Translations under genes and position numbers: made by a program
Assembly (NCBI GenBank): GCA_964530945.1
Contig: CAZHCJ010000003.1
Coordinates: 1 to 58,612, forward strand
Source: Candidatus Woesearchaeota archaeon
GTDB taxonomy: Archaea > Nanobdellota > Nanobdellia > Pacearchaeales > GW2011-AR1
Length of the DNA: 58,612 nucleotides
Direction of reading: 5' to 3'
Shown: positions 35,098-44,860 of the stretch, piece by piece
Numbering within the stretch: the first letter of the stretch is position 1
Layout of the letters: the number at the start of each line of letters is the position of its first letter
The notes under the pieces: model-generated
The model's input: only the letters and a program-made list of their open reading frames with translations
Told to the model about the DNA's origin: nothing
Databases searched by the model: none

Positions 35098-35244
35098 TTA
35101 CTCGCCCCCTCCATCATTATTTAACGCTTCATTTAGTATAAACTCAATAGCGTGAGACCTGTTTCTGTATTTTTTACTTTTCAGAGCTTCCTCTACAAGT
35201 TCAAGGGTTTCTTTTTCAAGAGTTAAACTTACTCTTTGTTTCAT
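35098..35244 (-). CDS. Ribbon-helix-helix (CopG/Arc-like) DNA-binding protein, 48 aa
   Basis: Hand translation MKQRVSLTLEKETLELVEEALKSKKYRNRSHAIEFILNEALNNDGGGE gives a beta strand plus two helices. Not in the ORF track (shorter than 60 aa). Confidence 0.6.
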   Translation of the reverse strand: MKQRVSLTLEKETLELVEEALKSKKYRNRSHAIEFILNEALNNDGGGE

Positions 35245-35288
35245 ATTACTTCATGTTATTTTACAATACAAACAAAAAATATTTAGGG

Positions 35289-35296
35289 TTTATAAA
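35289..35296 (-). promoter_or_regulatory. Palindromic TTTATAAA box about 45 nt upstream of the RHH ATG
   Basis: Motif only. It lies in the 105-nt gap after the aCPSF1 3' end. Confidence 0.3.
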
Positions 35297-35349
35297 GGTT
35301 TTTATAATGTGGTAACTTTAAAGAAGTAACATTAATTGTGGCTCCGCAT

Positions 35350-37251
35350 TTATCTCAATCTTACGGTTTCCAAGGGGCGTGGGACACTTGTTTCTACACG
35401 ATTCATTTTATATAAGGAGGAGGCTAAATCTAAAGACTTTGAGACTTCTCCATGATTTACCATTATACGCTTTGGTTTAGGTTTCATGTTGTTGAAAAAA
35501 CTCATGATTTCATTGCGTCCTGCATGAGCACTCAGCCCGTTTAGGGTTTCTATACGCATTTTAACCTGAACTTTCCTAGAGCCGTCTTCATCCTCAACCA
35601 AAACTTCTTTTGCTCCTTCTTGAACTTTACGTCCAAGACTACCAACACCTTGATAACAACTCAAAACCATCAAATTATTTGGATTGTCTGCAAAATTCTT
35701 GAAGTATTCTACACTAGCCCCTCCCATAAGCATCCCGGATGTGGCTATAATTAAACACGGTCCGCCTTCAATTACTTTTTTACGCTCGTGATGACTTCCT
35801 ACGCGTGAAAAGGCTTCTGAAACAAAAGGATTTTTGTCTTGGAAGATTAAGTTTCTAACTTTTCCTGAAAGAAAATCTGGGTAAGCGGTGTGAATAGCAT
35901 TCATATCCCAAATCATTCCATCTATATATACAGGTATTTTGGGTAATTCGCCGCTACGTATTGCTTCTTCAATCCTCAACACTGTTTCTTGTGCGTGCCC
36001 TAAACCCAATTCAGGAACGAGTATTTTCCCACCTTTCTCTATAGTTTCACGGGCCATCTTCAAAAACTCGTCTTCTGTTTCTTTCCTTGGGGGCAGAGTG
36101 TCGCTTTTAGAACCATAAGTCGATTCGGTTAAAACAGATTCCACACGAGGAAATGAAGAAACAGCGGGGTCTAGTAAACGCGTTCTTGAATATTTATAAT
36201 CTGCAGTATAAAGAAAATTGTGCAATCCGTTTCCTATATTAAAATGAACCATTGCGCTTCCAAGAACATGTCCAGAATTGTAAAAAGTTATCCTGACATC
36301 CGGAGCAATATCTGTGACCTCATTAAAATCCAAACAAATGGAATGCTTAACCATCTCTTTTATTTCTTTTGAGCTGAACAAGGGCTTTGCTGCTTGTTTG
36401 TATGCAACCCCTATGAAATCTAGCGCAAGCAAAGCAGAAAGGTCGCGAGTAGGAGCAGTCATATAGATTGGACCTTTGTACCCCATTTTGTATAAATAAG
36501 GCAACAATCCAGAATGGTCTAAGTGTGCGTGGCTTAAAACAATTGCATCAATGTTTTGAATGTCAAACTCAGGAACATCAAAATAAGGATATTTGTCTTT
36601 TCCCGAACTTGCAACATCTACCCCACAATCAATAAGTACTTTGGAATTTGGTGTCTGTAAAAGCAAACAGCTACGGCCTACTTGTCTAGCGCCTCCAAGG
36701 TAAGTCAAACGGACCCATTCTTCAACTTTATTTGGGTCCCATCCTTTGTAAATCTTTTCTCCAATATCATTAAGAAAACGTCTTCTGTAATTGTTATTTG
36801 CGTAAAGAACCTCTCTGATATTTTCAGTTATCTTGCTTTTAATCGCTGGAGAACGTTGAACTTGAGGAGTCCAAAGTGTTTCTCTTTTAATTTCTTCAAG
36901 AATGCTCCCACTTTTTCCTATAACCAATCCTGGTTTTTTTGCTTCAATTACAACTATGCTACGCTGCATATCAAAAATAACCTGTGTAATTTCGGCATCT
37001 TTGGGCACAATTTGTTTTATTTTTTGTTCTGTTTCTTCTTTGTCTGGCAAGGATTTGGTGTCCATACGCAATTCAATACGTTTTTTTAATTCATTAACTA
37101 TTTCCTTAATTCTAGATTCTCCTTCTTTAAAGAAACGTTCATTATCTGTGTAAAGAACTATGTTTGCACCTTCAAAGTTAGCTTCGGTAATGTTACTTCT
37201 TAACTTGTCTTTTATGTGTTTTAGAATATCCATTTTAATCTTTTTTATCAA
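35350..37251 (-). CDS. aCPSF1: KH-domain beta-CASP metallo-beta-lactamase ribonuclease
   Basis: N-terminal KH region (VIGKSGSILEEIK), LSHAHLDHSGLLP, beta-CASP and a C-terminal His motif. 633 aa. Confidence 0.9.
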   Translation of the reverse strand: MIKKIKMDILKHIKDKLRSNITEANFEGANIVLYTDNERFFKEGESRIKEIVNELKKRIELRMDTKSLPDKEETEQKIKQIVPKDAEITQVIFDMQRSIVVIEAKKPGLVIGKSGSILEEIKRETLWTPQVQRSPAIKSKITENIREVLYANNNYRRRFLNDIGEKIYKGWDPNKVEEWVRLTYLGGARQVGRSCLLLQTPNSKVLIDCGVDVASSGKDKYPYFDVPEFDIQNIDAIVLSHAHLDHSGLLPYLYKMGYKGPIYMTAPTRDLSALLALDFIGVAYKQAAKPLFSSKEIKEMVKHSICLDFNEVTDIAPDVRITFYNSGHVLGSAMVHFNIGNGLHNFLYTADYKYSRTRLLDPAVSSFPRVESVLTESTYGSKSDTLPPRKETEDEFLKMARETIEKGGKILVPELGLGHAQETVLRIEEAIRSGELPKIPVYIDGMIWDMNAIHTAYPDFLSGKVRNLIFQDKNPFVSEAFSRVGSHHERKKVIEGGPCLIIATSGMLMGGASVEYFKNFADNPNNLMVLSCYQGVGSLGRKVQEGAKEVLVEDEDGSRKVQVKMRIETLNGLSAHAGRNEIMSFFNNMKPKPKRIMVNHGEVSKSLDLASSLYKMNRVETSVPRPLETVRLR

Positions 37252-37302
37252 CTATATTTTTATTTTAAGTCCCACCTTAAAATTATATGAGAGTGTGAGG
37301 GT

Positions 37303-37971
37303 TTATTTTGAATTTTCGTCTTTGTAGTCCGATACTATTTCTTGCTCAACCTCTTTTTTTATCCCGTCTTTTGTTATTGTGAAAACATCTATTCCATAAC
37401 CAGAGTAAATATCTCTTTGAGTAGATGCCTTAAGTGATTCCACTGCTAATTTAATTCCTTCTTTCACAGTAATGTTTTTGTTCCAATTTCTTTCCAAATA
37501 TCCTAAAGAGTAGGTTACTCCGCTACCCATATTTGCATCATAATCTTCAACCTTGTTTATGCTTCCTGCAGGATCGATAGTGTAAAGCTCCACACTTCCA
37601 TCTTCATTATGGCCTCCTATTAGTGCTCCTATCTGATCAGGAATCATCGAAGGCTGTCTTATATTGTGATAAATTATGCTCGATAAAAGATTTGCTGCTT
37701 GTCTCACAGTTGGGCGAGATTTTGAACGCAATTCTTTTAGTTTCAACTCTGCGGGCAATATTTTCTTTATTCTGTCCGAAGCAGCAGCCAAACCTGCAGC
37801 AGAGACAATAATATAATCATTCAACGGCGTCACCTTTAATTTGTTCTTATTAGATACAAATGAACCCATAGTGGATTGCCTATCTGCAGCCATCACAATT
37901 CCATCTTTGCAAACAATTCCTAGAATTGTGGTTCCTGTTTTCAGTATAGATTTTTTTAAATCTTCGTCCAT
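37303..37971 (-). CDS. psmB: Proteasome subunit beta
   Basis: Propeptide followed by GTTILGIVCKDGIVMAADRQ. 222 aa. Confidence 0.9.
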   Translation of the reverse strand: MDEDLKKSILKTGTTILGIVCKDGIVMAADRQSTMGSFVSNKNKLKVTPLNDYIIVSAAGLAAASDRIKKILPAELKLKELRSKSRPTVRQAANLLSSIIYHNIRQPSMIPDQIGALIGGHNEDGSVELYTIDPAGSINKVEDYDANMGSGVTYSLGYLERNWNKNITVKEGIKLAVESLKASTQRDIYSGYGIDVFTITKDGIKKEVEQEIVSDYKDENSK

Positions 37972-38078
37972 TTTATTTTTTTAAGTATGTCTCTTATCTC
38001 CGTTTTAATCAACCCAGAATAAACTTTATGGAAAATAAAGATAAAAGTATTTTATAAAGTTTTTGGTATTTGGTTGGC

Positions 38079-40145
38079 TCACATAAATTCTTCTTTAGTC
38101 TTTTGAGAAACTCCGTGCTCTTTCTTAAATCTAATAACATTTTCAACGAAACTTTCTATTTTTTGTTCGTGGCTCACTATTAACAATTGTGCAACATCTA
38201 ATTGGCGGAGAACATCTCGCATTTTGTCTAACTGTTGTTCTGAAAAGCCGTCTGTTGGTTCATCAAGAATGACTAAATCACGGGTTTTTATTTTGCTCAA
38301 TAAAGAATTGACTACTTGGTTTAGAGATAAACGATATGCTAAAGCTATAGCTGTGCGCTCTCCTCCAGATAAGTATTCATAATCAAGTTCATAATCATAA
38401 TGCATTATCAAGGGTGTAAAGTTCTCATCAAGACTGACATCAAAAGTGTCGGAGACGAGCATACCAAACCAACGTGAGAACAACTCTGAGAATTCAGATT
38501 TAAGCTTAATCATTACATTTTTTTCGATGGTTGAAATCAACGGCGAAAAGACATTGCTTATCCACGTTTCTAGCTTAATAATATAATTTAACTTTTCTTT
38601 TATTCTTTTAGATTTCTCTAAACGTTCTTTCAATTCAAGAATTTGTCTCTCAAAAACCTCTATTTCTTTTTTCAATTCTGCAACTTTTATTTCTGCCATT
38701 TTTTCCTCTTTTCTTGCATCTTCTAGAAGTTTTTCTTTTTCTTTAAAGATATTCTCAAATTTATTTAATTCAAAAGCAGATTCTCGCAAAGAATTTTCTT
38801 GATTTTCTAGAAGCTTTATATCTTCAAGCATTTTTACATTGTTTTTCTCCAGTTCAGAGATACGTTCTTTTTTTTCGTCCAGGTCTTTAATTTTTATTTT
38901 TTGGATTTTCAATTCTTGTAAGTTTTTTTGTTTTTCTACAATCTCTAATTCTAATTTGCTTCTTTTATTCTTTATTTCTTCCATCTCTAAACTTAAATCT
39001 TTGATTTTGTTAACATTTTCAGATATCTGTTTCTCAAGCTTATTTGAAACATTGCTCTTATGCACAGAATCAACATCTTGCAAACAAACAGGGCAGTGGT
39101 CTATTTTAGGAATACTCTCTTTCAAGTCCTGATTTTCCTGGTTGCTTAAATTGAGGGAACTAATTTTTCCAGAGAGGTTTACGACTTCCTCTTGCAAATC
39201 CTTTTCTTTAACCTTTAGTAACCTTATCTCCTCTTCAATCCTTGCTTCTTGAGATTCGTCGACCTTCAAATCTTTCAATTCTTCAATCTGTTCTTTTATT
39301 TTAAAAATCATTTTTTGATTTTCTTTTAAATTTTCTTTCTTATTTGAAACCATAATTTTTGCCTTTTCTGCTTCTTGCTTTAACTTGTTTCGTTGTTCTA
39401 TTTTATCAGAGATTTCTTCTTTTTCCTCTTCGACTTTTTTACGCGTTTCTTTTTTCAAGAAAAGTTCTTTTTCGACAGATTTTAAGTTGTTTTGTTTAGC
39501 TTCAAGTTCATCTTCTTTGCTTGCAAGGAGTTCGTGGTCATCTTCAAATCCTTCAATAAGTCCCTGGTTAAGACGTTTTTCTTCTCTTAATTTTGAAGCC
39601 AAAACGCTCGAATTTTCAAGGATTTTTTTATATTTGTCTATCCCAAAAACGTGCCTTAAGGTATTAACACGTGTTTTTGGGTCTGGGGTAATAATCTCTT
39701 TCATTTCTTCTTGTGGCGTGTACACTGTGAATCTATAGAGAAGGTTTTGTTTTCTTGAAAATTCTTTAGGGTATCTCAATAATTGTAAAACGCGGTCTTT
39801 GAGTTCCGTTACAGACATTTCTTCCTTGATGTTCTCACCAATTTGTATTGCGCAATAATCTTGGCTTACGGAACGTTTACTTCGTTTTAGAGTTCTTTCA
39901 ACTCTTATTTTTTGATTATCTATTTCAAACTCCAACTCAACGCCCCCAGCATCTTTTCCATTCCTTAAAATTGAGTTTCCTCTTTGCCCTGGCTGAAGTC
40001 CAAAAAGTGCAAACTCTATGCCTAACAACACAGAGGTTTTTCCAGAGCCAATATCTCCTGACAAAAGTATTGAACCTTCTGGAAAAATTATCTCTTGTTC
40101 AAGATAGCTTCTTATATTTTCAAGTTTTATTTTCTTAAGTTTCAT
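38079..40145 (-). CDS. rad50: DNA double-strand-break repair ATPase Rad50 (short coiled coil)
   Basis: Walker A GDIGSGKTS, zinc hook HCPVCLQ, signature LSGGERTAIALAYRL, Walker B LVILDEPT. 688 aa. Confidence 0.9.
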   Translation of the reverse strand: MKLKKIKLENIRSYLEQEIIFPEGSILLSGDIGSGKTSVLLGIEFALFGLQPGQRGNSILRNGKDAGGVELEFEIDNQKIRVERTLKRSKRSVSQDYCAIQIGENIKEEMSVTELKDRVLQLLRYPKEFSRKQNLLYRFTVYTPQEEMKEIITPDPKTRVNTLRHVFGIDKYKKILENSSVLASKLREEKRLNQGLIEGFEDDHELLASKEDELEAKQNNLKSVEKELFLKKETRKKVEEEKEEISDKIEQRNKLKQEAEKAKIMVSNKKENLKENQKMIFKIKEQIEELKDLKVDESQEARIEEEIRLLKVKEKDLQEEVVNLSGKISSLNLSNQENQDLKESIPKIDHCPVCLQDVDSVHKSNVSNKLEKQISENVNKIKDLSLEMEEIKNKRSKLELEIVEKQKNLQELKIQKIKIKDLDEKKERISELEKNNVKMLEDIKLLENQENSLRESAFELNKFENIFKEKEKLLEDARKEEKMAEIKVAELKKEIEVFERQILELKERLEKSKRIKEKLNYIIKLETWISNVFSPLISTIEKNVMIKLKSEFSELFSRWFGMLVSDTFDVSLDENFTPLIMHYDYELDYEYLSGGERTAIALAYRLSLNQVVNSLLSKIKTRDLVILDEPTDGFSEQQLDKMRDVLRQLDVAQLLIVSHEQKIESFVENVIRFKKEHGVSQKTKEEFM

Positions 40146-40261
40146 TTTAAAAATTTGAATAATTTATTCTTCAATATCATCAATCTTAGAGAATGTATCT
40201 CTAAACATCGTTCATATCCGGCAGAGATTTTTCTTGAAATCAATTTATGCTGTAAACCTCC

Positions 40262-41431
40262 TTAAAATTCCAATATTTTTTGGCTTTCTTCGTAAATGCG
40301 ATTCTTAAAAATGTCATTAGTCTCTCCTTCTTGCTTTTCAGTTAATAAAGCGTTCATTATTGAAGAAATATGTGTATTGAAGTTTGAAGGATTTCTTTCT
40401 TTAAAATTTTCAATAGTTTCTTTCTCAATATTCTCTGTTTCCATCACTTCTACCTCAATTTCTGTATCTTTTGTCTTCAAATTATGTGTATTCCTTAAAA
40501 CAAAATATGCTCCTTTTTTTTCAGCGAATTCTTCTATTTTGGAAAACTTTATATCAGAATGTTTTCCACTTTCTAAAACGCCGCGAATGCGTAACAAGAC
40601 TATCTTTCCTTCCAAATCATTTTGTTCTAGCTTTGAGATAATTTCATCTGTTGCTCTTGAAGCATTTTTAACTTGAATTTCTAAAGAAACAACATCTTTA
40701 ATTTTTAAGTCAATTCTCTTTAAAGTTTTGTCGCTTTGTCCGGGCTCCGTATCAACAATGTAAAACCCACCATGCTGTAGGTCTTCAAGTTCTTGGAAAT
40801 TATTTGGGTAAATTGGGCCCGGATAAACGAAATTTTCGTATTGGAAATCGATATGGAGATGTCCCATTGCGTAATAATCTGCTTCCGGAGCTTTGTCTGT
40901 TTCTAAGGCATCTACTGGAATACTTCCTCGAGCTTTGTCTATTGTGGTGTGAAGCATGAAAATTTTAAACATTCCTGGAGCGGTGTTAAGCCTCACACGA
41001 CGCAGGTCCTCTACTTCTAATCCAGAAGTCTTCCCTGGATATCCATAAATTGCTACACCTTTGTGTATTGTGGGATTTAGCACAATTTTATTTTCACGTT
41101 CTTCGAACTCTGCGACATTTTTACAAAAGCCTGCTTTTTCTAAAACATCAAGAAATGTTTTCCCTGAGACACTATAATCGTGACTTCCTGCGATTATGAA
41201 ACACGGAATTCCTGAATCTTTCAATTTTTTAAATTCCGCAAACGTCTCTTTAAGAATATCTATTGGAGGAAACGCGCTATCAAATAAATCTCCAGCAATT
41301 AAAACAAATTCTACTTTTTCGCGAATGCATACCTCCATTGCCATGCGAAAGCTTTCAAGATTCAAATCTTGCAATGGTTTTTGTTTCCACCCTCCTAAAT
41401 GAACATCTGCTATGTGTGCAAAACGTACCAT
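40262..41431 (-). CDS. mre11: Mre11 nuclease
   Basis: Phosphoesterase motifs HIADVHLG, AGDLFD, AGSHD, GHLH. Confidence 0.9.
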   Translation of the reverse strand: MVRFAHIADVHLGGWKQKPLQDLNLESFRMAMEVCIREKVEFVLIAGDLFDSAFPPIDILKETFAEFKKLKDSGIPCFIIAGSHDYSVSGKTFLDVLEKAGFCKNVAEFEERENKIVLNPTIHKGVAIYGYPGKTSGLEVEDLRRVRLNTAPGMFKIFMLHTTIDKARGSIPVDALETDKAPEADYYAMGHLHIDFQYENFVYPGPIYPNNFQELEDLQHGGFYIVDTEPGQSDKTLKRIDLKIKDVVSLEIQVKNASRATDEIISKLEQNDLEGKIVLLRIRGVLESGKHSDIKFSKIEEFAEKKGAYFVLRNTHNLKTKDTEIEVEVMETENIEKETIENFKERNPSNFNTHISSIMNALLTEKQEGETNDIFKNRIYEESQKILEF

Positions 41432-41571
41432 AATTAAAAATATCTCAAGGAATATATAAACTTGATTGTGGTTTAGAGTATATTAAATAAGAAGAATATT
41501 TACTGGGAAAATTATACTGCTTTTGGCAATTGTATGCAAAATAACACAAGATAATGCATAAATTTTTATTT

Positions 41572-42132
41572 TTACAAAAATCCAAACAGCGTTCTCGTTA
41601 AAAGTCCGCCGAGAAAATCAGAAACAACATCTTTGAAAAGGAATAATGAAACAAGAACCGCAATTAAGAGTATAAGAATTATAATTAATACGACTGTAAT
41701 CATTGAACTGTGTTTATTTTTGGCATATTTTGAAACTCTTTGTTTTGGCTTGCCTGCTCTTCCAGGTGTTGCTTGCATCTGCGCAGGGTTTTGAATTTGT
41801 GGAGTGAGTTTTTTTGGCTGTGATTTATCTTCTTGTTGAGGGGATTGTCCGTAAGAAGAAACTCTTTGCTTTTCTTCCCCTTGAAATTGCCCCTTTGATT
41901 GAGGTTGTAATGCAGAAGGTTGTTTTTGGACATTTTGATTGACATTTGTAGGAGATTGTCTCTGCTGTGTCTGAGCTTGAGAAAAACCTGGTTGTTGGCT
42001 CAACATTCTTGCTGCAGCTTCAACATCTTGTTTGCTATAACCTGCGTTATAAAAGGACATCATTGCCTGCATAAGACTTTCACCTTTTGCCATAGCCATC
42101 CTTAATCCATCTATAATTTCTTCGCTTGGCAT
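41572..42132 (-). CDS. Gln/Pro-rich protein with a C-terminal TM anchor
   Basis: 186-aa ORF with a low-complexity Q-rich centre and the TM helix ITVVLIIILILLIAVLVSLFLF. Confidence 0.5.
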   Translation of the reverse strand: MPSEEIIDGLRMAMAKGESLMQAMMSFYNAGYSKQDVEAAARMLSQQPGFSQAQTQQRQSPTNVNQNVQKQPSALQPQSKGQFQGEEKQRVSSYGQSPQQEDKSQPKKLTPQIQNPAQMQATPGRAGKPKQRVSKYAKNKHSSMITVVLIIILILLIAVLVSLFLFKDVVSDFLGGLLTRTLFGFL

Positions 42133-42167
42133 ATAAGAATGAAGAAGAAATAGTTTAAAAATTTACT

Positions 42168-43604
42168 TTATTTATTTTTAGGGTTTGATTTCTTTTTGTT
42201 TTCTCCATTAAGGTCTAAAACTTTTCCATTGGAAGACAAATGCGAAGTTTCGTGGAACCTATATCCGAGATTCTCTGCAAGCTCTATTAAAGGAGTTTCT
42301 TGTTGAAGCGTTCCGTGTGCTGGAATAACATGTTTGGGATTTAACATGCGTATAAGTTCACGCATATCGTCTCTGCTTCCATGCCCGTGAACATGAACAT
42401 TAACCTGCAATCTTACTCCCATGCGTCTTAACTTGCTATCTAACTTGCTTCTTGCAGAAATATTTACCGGGGTGGGGATAACACTTGAAGAAAAAATTAC
42501 GTGGTCGCCTTCTCTAAATTTGAAAGGTAGGGAGCCACGAACTATCCTATCCATTACAGAATTTTCTTCTGCCTGGTGGCCCGTACATACGATGAAGTAT
42601 TTTCCACGATTTTTTTCTAGCTTCTTCATGAATATCTCACGTTGGCTTCCGTACTTAACTAATTGAACATCTTTTTTATAGGGCCATGCCCCCACACGTG
42701 TCGCAGCCTCTATGTATTTGCAAAGACTTCTACCCACAAAAACTATCTTTCTATTTTTCTTTTTTGCATGCTTTACTATGTTTCGCAAACGTTCTATATG
42801 GCTAGAAAAGGTTGAAACAAAAAATGCGGAATTTTTTCCTTTGAGTTTTGAGAAAGCATCTTCCAACATGTGTTCTGCTATACGCTCTCCTCCTGGTTTT
42901 TCTTCAGTCCCTGAATATAATGCATCCATAACTAAGGTATGAACACCTTCTTTTCCTAACTCTTTAAGTCGTTTGTAATTGGGAGGATTTCCCCATGTGG
43001 GATAGTTATCAAATTTTAAATCCAAACCATAAAAGAAAGCTCCTTCGTCAGTGTGCAAAACAGGAAAGACACATTGCAAGGTGGAATGCGTTGTGTGAAT
43101 AAACTCCACTTTGTACTGTTTATCTTTCCCAGAAATCATGTGTATGGAATTTGGCTTTACAATTTTCAAAGGATTATTGAATTTTACTCTATCGTCTCTA
43201 AGCATTATTTCTAAAACCTTGCTGGTAAAGTCTGTTGCATAAACCGGAACCTTTGGATAACGATTCATAAGATAAGGCAATCCTCCGAGATGGTCTAGGT
43301 GTGCGTGGCTTATGAAAATAGCCCTAACCTTTTTCCTCCATCCTAACTTGTCTAAAACCCTGTCGTCAGGAATAGCCCCATACTCTCTAAGCTCTTCTTC
43401 AGTCGGTTGACGGTATCCTCCGCCTTTGCGCGTTTTCCCTCCTTTCTTCAACCTCTCGGTATATTCCATTAAATGGTCTTCTTGTAACTCAACAATTCCG
43501 GGGATGTGCAGACCTACATCAAAGATAAAAACATCGTCATTGGTTTTGACGGCCGTCATGTTCTTTCCGACTTCTTCATATCCTCCTATAGTACAAATTT
43601 CCAT
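42168..43604 (-). CDS. rnj: Archaeal RNase J-type beta-CASP ribonuclease
   Basis: IGGYEEVGKNMT start, SHAHLDHLGGLP, beta-CASP region, C-terminal HVHGHGS. Confidence 0.8.
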   Translation of the reverse strand: MEICTIGGYEEVGKNMTAVKTNDDVFIFDVGLHIPGIVELQEDHLMEYTERLKKGGKTRKGGGYRQPTEEELREYGAIPDDRVLDKLGWRKKVRAIFISHAHLDHLGGLPYLMNRYPKVPVYATDFTSKVLEIMLRDDRVKFNNPLKIVKPNSIHMISGKDKQYKVEFIHTTHSTLQCVFPVLHTDEGAFFYGLDLKFDNYPTWGNPPNYKRLKELGKEGVHTLVMDALYSGTEEKPGGERIAEHMLEDAFSKLKGKNSAFFVSTFSSHIERLRNIVKHAKKKNRKIVFVGRSLCKYIEAATRVGAWPYKKDVQLVKYGSQREIFMKKLEKNRGKYFIVCTGHQAEENSVMDRIVRGSLPFKFREGDHVIFSSSVIPTPVNISARSKLDSKLRRMGVRLQVNVHVHGHGSRDDMRELIRMLNPKHVIPAHGTLQQETPLIELAENLGYRFHETSHLSSNGKVLDLNGENKKKSNPKNK

Positions 43605-43684
43605 TCTAATATTAAAAATACTTTAAGAGTTTAAAAAATGTTTTGTCTGGAAAATTATTTAAGCCTAATTAACTTATTTTAGAC

Positions 43685-43960
43685 ATGAAGCCCTTAAAAC
43701 CAAGTATGCGGGAGAAGAAACGTTATTTGAAAGTTTCTGGTAGTATTAAAGACGTAGAAGAGGCGATTCTAGATTTTTCAGGAACTCTTGGTTTAGCCCG
43801 TGTGAGTTTACGTTTTATAGAAAAAAACATCATTTCCATAAACAGAGAATCGTTAAACACTGTTAGAGCAAGCATTGCCGTTTGGCCTAAGGTAATCAAA
43901 ATTGAGAAGGTTTCTGGTAGTTTAAAGGGGCTAAGAAAGAAAAAGTCCAAAAGAAAATAG
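43685..43960 (+). CDS. RNase P protein component Pop5/Rpp14-like
   Basis: N-terminal LKPSMREKKRYLKV resembles Pop5. It occupies the usual position ahead of psmA in the archaeal exosome superoperon. Confidence 0.6.
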   Translation: MKPLKPSMREKKRYLKVSGSIKDVEEAILDFSGTLGLARVSLRFIEKNIISINRESLNTVRASIAVWPKVIKIEKVSGSLKGLRKKKSKRK

Positions 43961-44132
43961 CGAAAACCTTTTAAAGCTTCAAGTTATTTATTTTTCGTAA
44001 GAGAAAGGAAATGGAGGATTAATATTAAAATTTCTCTCTAATAAAATTTAAATAAGTAAAGAAAAATGAACACGATGAAAGTAGAATTTTTAAGAATCTC
44101 ATTTTACAAGAAATTCGGAGGAAGAGCGTAAA

Positions 44133-44858
44133 ATGGATATGCCTATGAATATGCAGCACCAGGCAATGGGTTACGACCGAACGGCGACAATGTTCTCTCC
44201 TGAAGGTCATTTGTTGCAAGTAGAGTATGCAGAGAAAACTGTTAGACTTGGGAGTTCAAGTATTGGGATGGTTTGTAGCGACGGGGTTTTACTTTTAGCG
44301 GACAAACGCCTAAAAGATACGTTGGTTTTAGAAGATTCTGCAAATAAAATTTATGAAATTGACAGCCACATAATTTCAAGTGTTGCAGGAATTGTTTCTG
44401 ATGCTCGTGTTTTGATAGAACGCGCCCAGGTAATTTCGCAACAGCATAGAGTTACATACGATTCTCCAATAGAGCCTGAATTAATAATAAAAGAAATCTC
44501 AAATACTAAACAACAGTTCACGCAATACGGAGGAGCTAGACCTTTTGGTGTTTCGTTAATGATTGCTGGCGTGAATGAAGGCACCCCGGAATTATACACT
44601 AGCGACATTACTGGAAATTATTTCTCTTATTATGCAAATGCCATAGGAGAAAATGATGAGAAAATCAAAGAAAAACTCAGAGAGAAATACAAAAAAGAAT
44701 TAAATATTAAGAAAGGAGCAAAACTTGCTTTAGACATCTTTAAAGAAATACAAGAAAAAGCTTTTGATTTAGAACGCTTTGAATTAGTTTATATTGAAAG
44801 CAAAAAACCTAAGTTGAAAAGGTTGGTTAAAGAGGATTTGAAGAGTTTTGTTAAATAA
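44133..44858 (+). CDS. psmA: Proteasome subunit alpha
   Basis: YDRTATMFSPEGHLLQVEYAEK signature. Confidence 0.92.
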   Translation: MDMPMNMQHQAMGYDRTATMFSPEGHLLQVEYAEKTVRLGSSSIGMVCSDGVLLLADKRLKDTLVLEDSANKIYEIDSHIISSVAGIVSDARVLIERAQVISQQHRVTYDSPIEPELIIKEISNTKQQFTQYGGARPFGVSLMIAGVNEGTPELYTSDITGNYFSYYANAIGENDEKIKEKLREKYKKELNIKKGAKLALDIFKEIQEKAFDLERFELVYIESKKPKLKRLVKEDLKSFVK

Positions 44859-44860
44859 AT

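Noticed and set aside
33378-35244. RHH + kinase as a HipBA-like toxin-antitoxin module.
   Set aside because: This is kept only as a secondary possibility. The kinase is Hanks-type rather than HipA-type, and the VR-bearing C-terminal domain fits a ligand-sensing role better.
36682-40676. Antisense ORFs inside aCPSF1, rad50 and mre11 (e.g. 36682..37089, 39385..39738, 40296..40676).
   Set aside because: They are low-complexity Ser/Phe/Leu-rich translations typical of the reverse strand of Lys/Glu-rich genes, and they are fully contained in strongly supported CDSs.
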